Positions 46,467 through 55,568 of a stretch of DNA of 55,568 nt are shown here, in pieces (the first letter of the stretch is position 1; each line of letters begins with the position of its first letter). The notes below the pieces were generated by a model. The model made no database searches, had not been told where the DNA came from, and saw only the letters and a program-made list of their open reading frames with translations. Source of the DNA: Candidatus Woesearchaeota archaeon (GTDB lineage Archaea > Nanobdellota > Nanobdellia > Pacearchaeales > GW2011-AR1); the NCBI GenBank assembly GCA_964409555.1, contig CAYPDP010000004.1:1-55568 (forward strand), in the 5' to 3' direction. The translations under genes and the position numbers were made by a program.

Positions 46467-47540
46467 TTATTTAAAAAACTTAGATAACTTAGGTCCTGAT
46501 TGTCCTTGATAATTTGATTTTAAAGATTTCCCGTAAAAATTTTCTGAATTTTCTCTTAAATGATAAAAATTAAGACTTGCAATTTTTTGACCATCTTTTA
46601 ATAAAAAATCTCCTCCATGATTTCTTAATTCTAATACTCCTTGTGCTCTAAAACCCGGGTCAAAAAATCCTGCATAATGTGCTCTAAATTCTCCCGAATT
46701 AGTATTTACTGCTACAACTTCTGCACAATATCCTTGAGGAATATTAATAACTTCTGATGAATTTAAAATATAAAAATTATCCTTATTTACAATAAGATCT
46801 CCATTACCAATTTTATCAAAATAACTTTTTGAAATATGATTTCTTTTAGATAAATCAACTATCAAAGAAGGATTTTGTTTTGCGACATATCCTGAAATTT
46901 CATTTCCCAAATCAACACTCATATCAACTTCCCCATCTTTAAAAAAATTCTCAACATTATTTGAACTTATTTTAACACCAAATCTATTAAATAAAATTCC
47001 TTCTTTATTATGTAAAAACATCAACTCTTCTAAAGTTAATTTTTTAGAATTATTATCAAAAATTCTTAACTGATTAAAAGACATTCCTTCTTTTATTTTA
47101 ATATCAAATGAATGAGGATTAATTTCTAACCAAAGTTGTCCTTTATATCCTTTAGCTACATTATCAAAATATTTTCCATTTTCAGTTATTAATTTCACGT
47201 GAATATCTGTTCTTCCTATTGAACTTTTGGGATTTGTTTTACCTGCGATGTTCTCTGGAAGATTTAAAGATTCATTAAGTTTGAAAACATAAGTTTTACC
47301 TTTATGAAGAAACCCATTTTTTAAAACATCCAAATCATAACATTTTATATCATTAAAATATTCTTCTAAATTTTTTGATGAAGGAATAGATGAATAAGGA
47401 ATGCAAAATCCCTTACTACTTAAAGTTAAATCTAAAGAAGAAGGTTGTACTTGTTCTTTTTTAAATTCTTTTTCTGATTTAATATTTCCTTTTTTAATTA
47501 AACTTAAAATTTCTTTATCTGGAAAAACGCCCATTATCAT
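46467..47540 (-). CDS. dcd: Two-domain dCTP deaminase-like protein
   Basis: QPSSLDL, NPKSSIGRTD, HYAGFFDPGF. Confidence 0.8.
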   Translation of the reverse strand: MIMGVFPDKEILSLIKKGNIKSEKEFKKEQVQPSSLDLTLSSKGFCIPYSSIPSSKNLEEYFNDIKCYDLDVLKNGFLHKGKTYVFKLNESLNLPENIAGKTNPKSSIGRTDIHVKLITENGKYFDNVAKGYKGQLWLEINPHSFDIKIKEGMSFNQLRIFDNNSKKLTLEELMFLHNKEGILFNRFGVKISSNNVENFFKDGEVDMSVDLGNEISGYVAKQNPSLIVDLSKRNHISKSYFDKIGNGDLIVNKDNFYILNSSEVINIPQGYCAEVVAVNTNSGEFRAHYAGFFDPGFRAQGVLELRNHGGDFLLKDGQKIASLNFYHLRENSENFYGKSLKSNYQGQSGPKLSKFFK

Positions 47541-47637
47541 GAAATTAATTTCTTATAATAATATTTAAAGATATATATCTTATAATAGATAAGAAACAAA
47601 AAGTTTTAAAATACCTTTATTTTTAATAATTCATAAA

Positions 47638-47964
47638 ATGACAACTAATGATAAAGTTAAAGAACTTTCAAATAATCAATTTGAAGAATTTTCCAAAGAA
47701 GGACTTGTGTTAGTTGATTTTTTTGCGGAATGGTGTATGCCTTGTCTTATGATGGCCCCAATTTTAGATGAACTTTCTGAAAAATTTAAAGATAAAATAA
47801 AAATTGGTAAAGTGAATGTGGATGATAATTCAGAACTCGCAAGAAAATTTAAAGTTAGCTCAATTCCAAATTTAATTCTTTTAAAAGATGGTGAGCAAAT
47901 TGATAGTTTTGTTGGTTCTATGTCTTCTGAAGAATTAGAAGAAAAATTAAAAAAACATTTATAA
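47638..47964 (+). CDS. trxA: Thioredoxin
   Basis: DFFAEWCMPC, SIPNL. Confidence 0.92.
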   Translation: MTTNDKVKELSNNQFEEFSKEGLVLVDFFAEWCMPCLMMAPILDELSEKFKDKIKIGKVNVDDNSELARKFKVSSIPNLILLKDGEQIDSFVGSMSSEELEEKLKKHL

Positions 47965-48018
47965 AAAATGTTTAATATCTCATGAAAATATTTTTATTAA
48001 TTAAAAAATATTCAGGAG

Positions 48019-48032
48019 AAGGTTTTTAAATA
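48019..48032 (+). promoter_or_regulatory. BRE/TATA-type promoter of tRNA-Lys
   Basis: aaggtttttaaata about 22 bp before the tRNA; similar motifs at 48324 and 55465. Confidence 0.6.
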
Positions 48033-48053
48033 CAAATTTATTTATTTTCTTAT

Positions 48054-48128
48054 GGCTCCGTAGCTCAGCTTGGTCAGAGCACTGGACTTTTAATCCAGGT
48101 GTCGAGGGTTCAAATCCCTTCGGGGCCA
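48054..48128 (+). tRNA. tRNA-Lys (UUU)
   Basis: GGCTCCG/CGGGGCC acceptor stem, CTGGA-CTTTTAA-TCCAG anticodon arm, GTTCAAATC T-loop; no encoded CCA. Confidence 0.95.
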
Positions 48129-48201
48129 TTTAAGATTTGAACTAAATCAGTTTAAATTCATCCATATAACAAAGAGCGCGAGAGATGTGCTCTCGCGTGA
48201 G

Positions 48202-48220
48202 AATCCCTTCGGGGCCATTT
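48202..48220 (+). repeat. 19-bp copy of the tRNA-Lys 3' end (att-like)
   Basis: aatcccttcggggccattt at 48113-48131 and 48202-48220. Confidence 0.85.
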
Positions 48221-48410
48221 TTATTTAAAAAAAGAATTTAAACTTGAAAAAAAGTTTAAATTCTATAAATTTAAGTTAAAAAATCTTTTAAACAATAATT
48301 CTTAATTCAGACTAAAAAACCAAAAGGTTTTTAAACCAAATTTAATAATCTTTTATTATCTCATAGTTGTTAAAATCTTTGAGCCCTATTAAAAATCCTA
48401 TTCCCTTAAA

Positions 48411-48617
48411 ATGCATATTTTACAACCAAAACATTCCAAACTTAATGAAAAAGATGGTGAAGAAATATTGTCAAATTTAAACATTTCTAAAGCTCAACTT
48501 CCTAAAATTTTATTATCTGATCCAGCACTTCCTGAAAATTGTGAGGTTGGAGATATGATAAAAATAGAAAGAAAAAATCAAAATAAAATAATAAATTATT
48601 ACAGAGTTGTTGTATAA
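48411..48617 (+). CDS. rpoH: RNA polymerase subunit H (Rpo5)
   Basis: HILQPKH, LPKI..SDP, GDMIKIER, YYRVV. Confidence 0.93.
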   Translation: MHILQPKHSKLNEKDGEEILSNLNISKAQLPKILLSDPALPENCEVGDMIKIERKNQNKIINYYRVVV

Positions 48618-48633
48618 AATCATTAAATATAAT

Positions 48634-51600
48634 ATGGAAACTAGCAAACATTTAATAGTAAAAAAATATCTTGAAGGACACTCATTAGTTGAATCTAATA
48701 TTACTTCTTTTAATAATTTTATTGAAAAAAGAATGCAAGAAATTGTTGATGAAATCTCCAAAGGAATTAAAAATGAAGAATTTGAGATAAATCTTGGAAA
48801 AATAAAAATAGGAAGACCTAGAGTAATTGAGGACGATGGAAGCACTTCAGATATAATGCCCTATGAAGCACGTTTAAGAAAATTAACTTATTCTGCCCCA
48901 ATAACTCTTGAAATAAATGTAAAAAAAGATGATCAGATAGATTCAGATACTGTAGAAATTGGAAAAATCCCTATAATGATAAAAAGTAAAGTTTGTAATA
49001 CTTCAGGATTATCAAGAGAAGAATTAATTGCAAATTATAATGACCCGCTCGACCCAGGAGGTTATTTTATAATTAATGGAAATGAAAGAGTTATGGTTAT
49101 GGCAGAAGATCTTGCTGAAAATCAACCATTCATAGAAAATAATAATAAAGGAAATTTAAATTTAAGAGTCTTTTCTTTAAGAGGAACTTACAGAATACCT
49201 ACAATAATAGAAGAAAATAAAGAAGGAATAATTGAACTTTCATTTAGCAGATTCAAAAATTTACCTGCAATAGTAATTCTTAAAGCATTAGGTTTAACAA
49301 AAGAATCAGATATTGCAAAATATATAGGAAAAGAAACAGATAGTGTTATTGTTAATTTATATGAGTATGTAAATCTTGCAACTTCTGAAGATGCTATGAT
49401 GCATATTGCTGAAGAATCTTCATTACAAGGAACAGCTAAAGAAATTCTTGATAGGGTAAGTCAGAGAATTGATTCTTATCTTCTTCCCCACATCGGAGAA
49501 AGCAAAAAAGACAGAATGATAAAAGCAATTACTTTATGTAAATTAATAAAACAATTTTTAGTTGCAAAAGAAAGAAAAGAATTAAGAACTGACAAAGATC
49601 ATTATGCAAATAAAAGAGTTAGACTTTCAGGAGACCTTTTATCAAATTTATTCAGAGTTAATTTAGGAATTTTAATAAGAGACATACAATATTCTCTTCA
49701 AAAATCTACAAAAAGAAGGAAGTTTTTTTCTATTAGAACAATAGCAAAATCTACTTTATTTTCACATAGAGTTGAAAGTGCAATTGCAACAGGGAGTTGG
49801 ACAGGAGAAAGATCAGGTGTAACTCAAAATATGGATAAAACAAATTATCTTGTTACAATTTCACAATTACAGAGAATATCAAGTATGCTTTCAAGCGACC
49901 AAGAAAATTTTCCTGCAAGAACATTGCATCCAACTCATTATGGAAGATTTTGTCCTATTGAAACTCCTGAAGGAACAGAAATTGGTTTAAGAAAAAATCT
50001 CGCTATTTTAAGTAAAATTTCAACTTATGTAGAAATAAATAAAGATGAATTTGTAAAAGATTTAGAAAAAGAAGGACTTGATAAAGAAAATGTTAAAGGT
50101 GTTGATGTATTTTTTAATGGTATGTTTATTGGTTCTATTAACAAAGATACTGAAAAAGAATTTGTAGATAAAATAAAAGAAAAAAGAAGAGATGGGAAAT
50201 TACCTATACAGATGAATATTAGAGATAATAAAGAAATGGGAATAATTTCAATATCTACAGAATCTGGAAGAGTTTTAAGACCTTTAATAATTGTTGATAA
50301 TGGTGTTTCAAGATTAAAAAACGAAGATTTAATTCAATTAGAACAAAATGAAATAAACTGGAATGATCTTATAAAAAGAAAAATTATAGAATATATTGAT
50401 GCTTCTGAAGAAGAGGATATACTAGTTGCTTTGTATAAAGAAGAATTAACTCAAGAACATACTCATCTTGAAATAGATTCTTTGGATCTTTTTGGTGTTG
50501 TTACAAGTTTAGTTCCTTATGGAAATCACGATCAGAGTTCAAGATTAAACAGAGGAAGTAAAACTCAGAAACAGGCTTTAGGTTTATATGCTGCAAACTA
50601 TCATTGCAGACTAGATACTGATGTAAGTGTTTTAGAATATCCTCAAAAACCAATTGTAAGAAGTTTTGTTTATGACACCTTAAACACTTATCCTGCTGGA
50701 CAAAATTTAATTGTAGCTATAATGACACATGAAGGATATAATATGGAAGATGCTTTGGTATTAAACAAGGGAAGTTTAGATCGAGGAGTAGGAAGAAGTT
50801 TTTATTTTAGACCAACTACTACTGTTGAAATGAATTATGCAGGAGGACTAAAAGATAAAATAGGAATTCCTCAAAAAGATACTTCAGGATATAAAACTGA
50901 AGAAAGTTATAAATTTTTAGAAAGTGATGGAATTGTTTATCCTGAAGCAGAAATTAATGAAAGCGAAGTTCTTATTGGAAAAATGTCTCCTCCTAAATTC
51001 CTTTCAGAAGCTAGAGAAATCTCAGTAAAAATGAAAAAAGAAGCTAGTTCTACAATGAGGCAGGAAGAAAAAGGAATTGTTGATTCAGTATTTATAACTA
51101 AAGATAAAGATGGGAATAAACTTGTTCATGTAAAAACACGTGATATGAGAATTCCAGAACTTGGAGATAAATTTGCAACAGCACATGGTCAAAAAGGAGT
51201 TATTGGAGCAGTTGTTCAGGAAAATAACATTCCATTTACTTCAAGAGGAATAAAACCAGATATTATATTTAACCCTCACGGACTTCCAAGCAGAATGACA
51301 GTAGGATATCTTTTAGAATTATTAGCTGGAAAAGTTGGATGTTTGAATGGGAAAATTGTTGACGGAACTTCATTCTCTGGAGAAAGTAAAAAACAACTTG
51401 AAGAACAATTAAATGAATTAGGATTTAGATTTGATGGAAAAGAGACAATGTATAATGGAGTTACTGGAAAGAAAATGGACATGAAAATATTTATAGGAAA
51501 TCTTTATTATATGAAACTTAAATATATGGTAGCAAATAAAATGCACGGAAGATCTTCAGGAAAAATAGCATTATTAACAAGACAGCCAATCGAAGGTCGT

Positions 51601-51894
51601 TCTCGTGGAGGGGCTTTAAGATTAGGAGAAATGGAACAGCAAGCATTAGTTGCACACGGTGCCTCTTTATTATTAAAAGAAAGATATAATTCAGATAAAG
51701 TTGTGCTTAATATATGTGTTAAATGTGGAACAATCGCAGTAGATGATAATATAAGAAATAAAATAATATGTCCTTTATGTAACAGCGAAGAAACAGAACC
51801 AATCGAAGTTTCATATGCATTTAAATTGCTTTTAGAAGAACTTCAAGGAATTCACATACACACTGAACTTAAATTAAAAAACAAATACGAATAA
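48634..51894 (+). CDS. rpoB: RNA polymerase subunit B (Rpo2), unsplit
   Basis: GGYFIING, CPIETPEG, GYNMED, GDKFA, GLRLGEME-like motif; ATG 48634. Confidence 0.97.
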   Translation: METSKHLIVKKYLEGHSLVESNITSFNNFIEKRMQEIVDEISKGIKNEEFEINLGKIKIGRPRVIEDDGSTSDIMPYEARLRKLTYSAPITLEINVKKDDQIDSDTVEIGKIPIMIKSKVCNTSGLSREELIANYNDPLDPGGYFIINGNERVMVMAEDLAENQPFIENNNKGNLNLRVFSLRGTYRIPTIIEENKEGIIELSFSRFKNLPAIVILKALGLTKESDIAKYIGKETDSVIVNLYEYVNLATSEDAMMHIAEESSLQGTAKEILDRVSQRIDSYLLPHIGESKKDRMIKAITLCKLIKQFLVAKERKELRTDKDHYANKRVRLSGDLLSNLFRVNLGILIRDIQYSLQKSTKRRKFFSIRTIAKSTLFSHRVESAIATGSWTGERSGVTQNMDKTNYLVTISQLQRISSMLSSDQENFPARTLHPTHYGRFCPIETPEGTEIGLRKNLAILSKISTYVEINKDEFVKDLEKEGLDKENVKGVDVFFNGMFIGSINKDTEKEFVDKIKEKRRDGKLPIQMNIRDNKEMGIISISTESGRVLRPLIIVDNGVSRLKNEDLIQLEQNEINWNDLIKRKIIEYIDASEEEDILVALYKEELTQEHTHLEIDSLDLFGVVTSLVPYGNHDQSSRLNRGSKTQKQALGLYAANYHCRLDTDVSVLEYPQKPIVRSFVYDTLNTYPAGQNLIVAIMTHEGYNMEDALVLNKGSLDRGVGRSFYFRPTTTVEMNYAGGLKDKIGIPQKDTSGYKTEESYKFLESDGIVYPEAEINESEVLIGKMSPPKFLSEAREISVKMKKEASSTMRQEEKGIVDSVFITKDKDGNKLVHVKTRDMRIPELGDKFATAHGQKGVIGAVVQENNIPFTSRGIKPDIIFNPHGLPSRMTVGYLLELLAGKVGCLNGKIVDGTSFSGESKKQLEEQLNELGFRFDGKETMYNGVTGKKMDMKIFIGNLYYMKLKYMVANKMHGRSSGKIALLTRQPIEGRSRGGALRLGEMEQQALVAHGASLLLKERYNSDKVVLNICVKCGTIAVDDNIRNKIICPLCNSEETEPIEVSYAFKLLLEELQGIHIHTELKLKNKYE

Positions 51895-51895
51895 A

Positions 51896-54800
51896 ATGAG
51901 AAAACCAGTAAGAAAAAAAGTTAAAGAATTGCATTTTACATTATTTAATCCGGAACAGATTAAGAAAGTATCTGCTGCAAAGATTGTAACTCCTGAATTG
52001 TATGATATAGATGGATATCCAGTAGATGGAGGATTAATGGATTTAAGACTTGGTGCTATTGACCCAGGAGTTAGATGTAGAACTTGTGGAGGAAGACTTA
52101 AAGAGTGTTTAGGACATTCTGGAAGAATTGATTTAGCAAAACCTGTTCTTCACTTAAAATATGTTCCATTAATGGAAATGGGATTGAGATGCTTTTGTCA
52201 TGATTGTGGAAAATTAATGCTTTCAGATAAAGATTTGGAAAAATACTTACCAACTCAAAGAGCAAAAAAAGCAAAAGATTCTAAAAAATGTCCTCATTGT
52301 CAAGCAAATTATGAAAAAGTTAAAATAGACAAACCTACAAGTTTCTATATTGGAAGAAAAAGATTATTCCCTACTAAAATAAGAGAAATGCTTGTTAATA
52401 TTCCTGATGAAGAATTAAAAAAAGTCGGAGTTAATCCTGAGACTTGCAGACCCGAATGGGCTGTTATGACTTCTCTTTTAGTTCCTTCTGTAACTGTAAG
52501 ACCGAGTATAATACTTGAATCAGGAGAAAGAAGTGAAGATGATTTAACACATAAACTTTCAGATGTTATTCGTGCAAATCAGAGACTCTGGGAAAACTTA
52601 AATGCTGGAGCTCCAGAAGTAATTATTGAAGATTTATGGGACTTGCTACAATACCATGTGACAACTTTCTTTGATAATAATGTTGCAAGAATTCCCCCTG
52701 CACGTCATAGAAGTGGACAACCATTAAAAACAATAACTGAAAGAATAAAAGGAAAAGAAGGGCGTATTAGAAAAAATCTTGCTGGTAAAAGAGTAAATTA
52801 TTCTGGTAGAACTGTTATTTCTCCAGACCCTTATATTCAGATTAATGAAGTTGGTGTCCCATATGAAATTGCAAAAGTTGTTACAATGGCTGAAACTGTT
52901 AATGATATAAATATTGAAAAATTAAAAAAATTAATTGAAAAAGGAAATGAATACCCTGGAGCAAGTTATGTAATAAGACCTGATGGAAAAAGAAAAAAAA
53001 TATCCTCAGATCTTAAAGAAGAAATTATGGCTGAATTAATTCCAGGATATAAAGTAGAAAGACACTTGCAAAATGGAGATATTGTATTATTTAACAGACA
53101 TCCCAGCTTACATAGGGGGAGTTTAATGGCACATTTTGTGAAAGTTCTTCCAGGAAAAACATTTAGACTTCATCCTGTAGCTGCATTCCCCTACAACGCT
53201 GACTTTGATGGTGATGAAATGAATGTTCATAGTCCACAAACAGAAGAAGCAAGAGCAGAAGCAAAAATGCTTTTAGATGTAAAAAGAAATTTAATTTCTC
53301 CAAAAAATAATACTAATTTTTTAGGATGTGATTCAGATTCAATTACTGGAAGTTATTTATTAAGTTCAGGTAAATTTTCTAAAGAATATGCAAATCAACT
53401 TTTTTACAAATCAGGAATTGATGTTCAAATATCAAAGAAAAGTATAACTGGAGCAGAATTATTCTCTGAGATACTTCCTAAAATGGATTTTTCAAATAAA
53501 TCTATAACAATAAAAGATGGAAAAATATTAAGTGGAATAATTGATAAAAATTCTTTTGGTAGTGAAGATGGACAATTAATAAAAGAAATTGATAAAGTTG
53601 TTGGAAGAAATGAATCTTTTGAAACTTTAAGAAATGTTTTCAGACTTGGAACAAATTATCTTTCAGATAGGGGAATTACTATTTCAGTAAATGATTTTGA
53701 TTTAGATGAAAAATTAATTGATGCTGGAAAAGATATAATCAAAAAAGCTGAGAAAAAAACAAATGAAATAATTGAAAGTTACAATAATGAAACTCTGGAA
53801 ATAATTCCTAGTAAGACAAAAGAAGAATCAAGAGAGATAAAAATTCTTCAAACATTAAATGAAGTAAGAACAAAAATAGGAGAAATAATAAAAAATGAAC
53901 TTTCTGAATCAAATCCTGTAAATCATATGATAAAATCTGGTGGTGGAGGAAATATTCTTAATATTATTCAGATAGCCTGTTGTGTAGGACAACAAGCAAT
54001 TTGGGGAAAGAGAATTGAATTAGGATATAATGAAAGAACTTTATCATTTTTCAAGAAAAAAGACTTATCACCAATTTCAAGAGGTTTCATAAATAGTTCG
54101 TTTATAAATGGTTTAAGACCTGATGAATTTTTCTTTGGAGCAATTACTGGAAGAGATAGTTTAATGGATACTGCACTAAGAACACCTAAATCAGGATATT
54201 TATACAGAAGATTAGCAAATGCATTACAAGATTTAAGAGTTGAATATGATGGAACAATTAGAGACAGTAATAATAGTATAATTCAATTTCAGTACGGAAC
54301 AGATCAAGTAGATGTTTCAGAAATACATAGAGGTAAAAAAATAAGTCCTGGAGAAGCAATAGGAATTATTACTGCACAATCTTTTGGAGAACCTTCAACA
54401 CAGATGGTTTTAAATGTATTCCATATGGCAGGAGTACAAGAAATGCAAGTTACTACTGGACTTCCAAGAATTATAGAAATCTTTGATGCAAGAAAGAGCC
54501 CTTCTTCTCCAAAAATGGAAATTTATTTACTAAAAGAATATAATAATGAAGAAGCTGCAAAAACTCTTGCAGAAAAAATTAAAAAAATAACAGTTAAAGA
54601 TATTTCATCTGAAATAAGTTTAAATTTTAGTGATAAAAATATAGAAATAAAGATAGATAAACATGAAATTAAAAAATCTCCTTTAACTTCTAAAAAGATT
54701 ATTGATAAACTCAATGATTTAGGATTTAAAGCAAAAGAAAAATCAGATTTAATATTAATAGATGGAGGAGATATTAGTTTTAGTGAATTATACAAACTTA

Positions 54801-55384
54801 AAGAAAAATTAAAAAACACAATAATATCTGGATTAAAAGGAGTTGAACAAGTATTAATAGTTAAAAAAGAAAAAGACTTTATTATAATGACTTTAGGAAC
54901 TAACTTGAAAAATATTGTTGATTTTAAAGAAATAAATAAAGATAAAATTTTATCAAATAATTTACATGAATTTGCTTTAGTATTTGGTATAGAGGCTGCA
55001 AGACGATTAATAATTGATGAAATTGAAAAAGTTCTTAATACTCAGGGACTTGATATTGATATTAAACATCTTGAATTAATTGCTGATGCAATGACAAATA
55101 CTGGTGTTGTTAAAGGAGTTACAAGAATGGGAATTATTGCACAAAAATCATCTATACTTGCAAGAGCAACATTTGAAACTCCAGTAAAACAATTTGTTAA
55201 CGCTTCAATTAAAGGAAGTAAAGATGAATTAGCAAGTGTAATTGAAAATATAATACTTAATCAACCAGTTCCAATTGGAACAGGACTTCCAGGACTTCTT
55301 GTTAAAGTTATTGGACCTTTAATAAAAAAAGAAGGGGATAAAAAAACTGCAAAAAGCAAAGTTGTTGATAGAGTTAATAAATAA
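51896..55384 (+). CDS. rpoA: RNA polymerase subunit A (Rpo1), A' and A'' fused
   Basis: NADFDGDEMN, SGYLYRRL, then PGEAIGIITAQSFGEPSTQM in one reading frame. Confidence 0.96.
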   Translation: MRKPVRKKVKELHFTLFNPEQIKKVSAAKIVTPELYDIDGYPVDGGLMDLRLGAIDPGVRCRTCGGRLKECLGHSGRIDLAKPVLHLKYVPLMEMGLRCFCHDCGKLMLSDKDLEKYLPTQRAKKAKDSKKCPHCQANYEKVKIDKPTSFYIGRKRLFPTKIREMLVNIPDEELKKVGVNPETCRPEWAVMTSLLVPSVTVRPSIILESGERSEDDLTHKLSDVIRANQRLWENLNAGAPEVIIEDLWDLLQYHVTTFFDNNVARIPPARHRSGQPLKTITERIKGKEGRIRKNLAGKRVNYSGRTVISPDPYIQINEVGVPYEIAKVVTMAETVNDINIEKLKKLIEKGNEYPGASYVIRPDGKRKKISSDLKEEIMAELIPGYKVERHLQNGDIVLFNRHPSLHRGSLMAHFVKVLPGKTFRLHPVAAFPYNADFDGDEMNVHSPQTEEARAEAKMLLDVKRNLISPKNNTNFLGCDSDSITGSYLLSSGKFSKEYANQLFYKSGIDVQISKKSITGAELFSEILPKMDFSNKSITIKDGKILSGIIDKNSFGSEDGQLIKEIDKVVGRNESFETLRNVFRLGTNYLSDRGITISVNDFDLDEKLIDAGKDIIKKAEKKTNEIIESYNNETLEIIPSKTKEESREIKILQTLNEVRTKIGEIIKNELSESNPVNHMIKSGGGGNILNIIQIACCVGQQAIWGKRIELGYNERTLSFFKKKDLSPISRGFINSSFINGLRPDEFFFGAITGRDSLMDTALRTPKSGYLYRRLANALQDLRVEYDGTIRDSNNSIIQFQYGTDQVDVSEIHRGKKISPGEAIGIITAQSFGEPSTQMVLNVFHMAGVQEMQVTTGLPRIIEIFDARKSPSSPKMEIYLLKEYNNEEAAKTLAEKIKKITVKDISSEISLNFSDKNIEIKIDKHEIKKSPLTSKKIIDKLNDLGFKAKEKSDLILIDGGDISFSELYKLKEKLKNTIISGLKGVEQVLIVKKEKDFIIMTLGTNLKNIVDFKEINKDKILSNNLHEFALVFGIEAARRLIIDEIEKVLNTQGLDIDIKHLELIADAMTNTGVVKGVTRMGIIAQKSSILARATFETPVKQFVNASIKGSKDELASVIENIILNQPVPIGTGLPGLLVKVIGPLIKKEGDKKTAKSKVVDRVNK

Positions 55385-55464
55385 TTTATTTTATTTTTAA
55401 TTTAAATTCTGATAAAAAATAATTTACCAAAAAATTGTATAATAAATTTTATTTTTCTTTCCTA

Positions 55465-55476
55465 AAGGTTTATAAA
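55465..55476 (+). promoter_or_regulatory. BRE/TATA-type promoter for nusA
   Basis: aaggtttataaa about 26 bp before the ATG. Confidence 0.5.
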
Positions 55477-55502
55477 ATAAAAGTATCTTGAAATTTTATA
55501 AA

Positions 55503-55568
55503 ATGGTGAATACTATCGACATGCAAGACCTCAGACATCTGAATTTATTCAATGGAATTACTCGAATA
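55503..55568 (+). CDS. nusA: Archaeal NusA, 5' partial
   Basis: MVNTIDMQDLRHLNLFNGITRI; canonical position after rpoA. Confidence 0.7.
   Translation, partial: MVNTIDMQDLRHLNLFNGITRI

Noticed and set aside
3518-48633. Extended track starts (3518, 6194, 14355, 15481, 23270, 24819, 33702, 43493, 48607)
   Set aside because: They overlap upstream genes or operators; downstream ATGs fit family N-termini and spacing better.
7830-54819. Short overlapping ORFs in the track, opposite-strand or alternate-frame (e.g. 7830-8021, 13564-13821, 22938-23216, 41235-41597, 48513-48845, 54523-54819)
   Set aside because: They lie inside well-supported genes, show no motifs, and read as shadow frames of AT-rich coding DNA.
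43957-55384. Inteins in NrdJ or the RNA polymerase subunits
   Set aside because: Lengths are normal or short, with no splice-junction motifs or homing-endonuclease inserts.
1-55568. CRISPR array, prophage, IS element or rRNA
   Set aside because: No regularly spaced repeats, integrase, transposase, capsid or rRNA-like sequence seen.

Overview
AT-rich, gene-dense archaeal chromosome segment. The rpoH-rpoB-rpoA-nusA layout with unsplit RpoB and a fused RpoA'/A'' suggests a DPANN lineage, probably Pacearchaeota-like (inference). Blocks in order: (1) 0.1-2 kb, membrane HTH regulator and anchored GH5 hydrolase; (2) 2.1-10.3 kb, exported thiol-redox/copper cluster (DsbA, glutaredoxin, CcdA, CuA cupredoxin, DUF411-like, rhodanese, FTR) with two membrane proteins sharing an exact C-terminal LPGMVGGC; (3) 10.4-17.3 kb, bacterial-type oxidative plus non-oxidative pentose phosphate operon; (4) 17.3-20.4 kb, stand-alone sigma70 region-4 gene, small TM protein, site-2 protease and ArsR/metal cluster; (5) 20.5-31.8 kb, ROK kinase, group 3b NiFe hydrogenase split by a toxin-antitoxin/ART-like insert, RecQ, and a reduced maturation set; (6) 33-41.7 kb, glycolysis/fermentation run with a nickel transporter and a direct-repeat-bounded insertion that made a tpi/fba chimeric mini-ORF; (7) 41.8-48.2 kb, TtuA, NrdR boxes-nrdR-nrdJ, dCTP deaminase, thioredoxin, tRNA-Lys with a duplicated 3' end; (8) RNA polymerase genes. 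No CRISPR array, integrase, transposase or rRNA seen. All calls come from motifs read by eye; no searches were run. Best candidates for new biology: the LPGMVGGC tethered-cysteine system, a sugar -> NADPH (PPP) -> H2 gene set, and a possible non-canonical hydrogenase maturation module.
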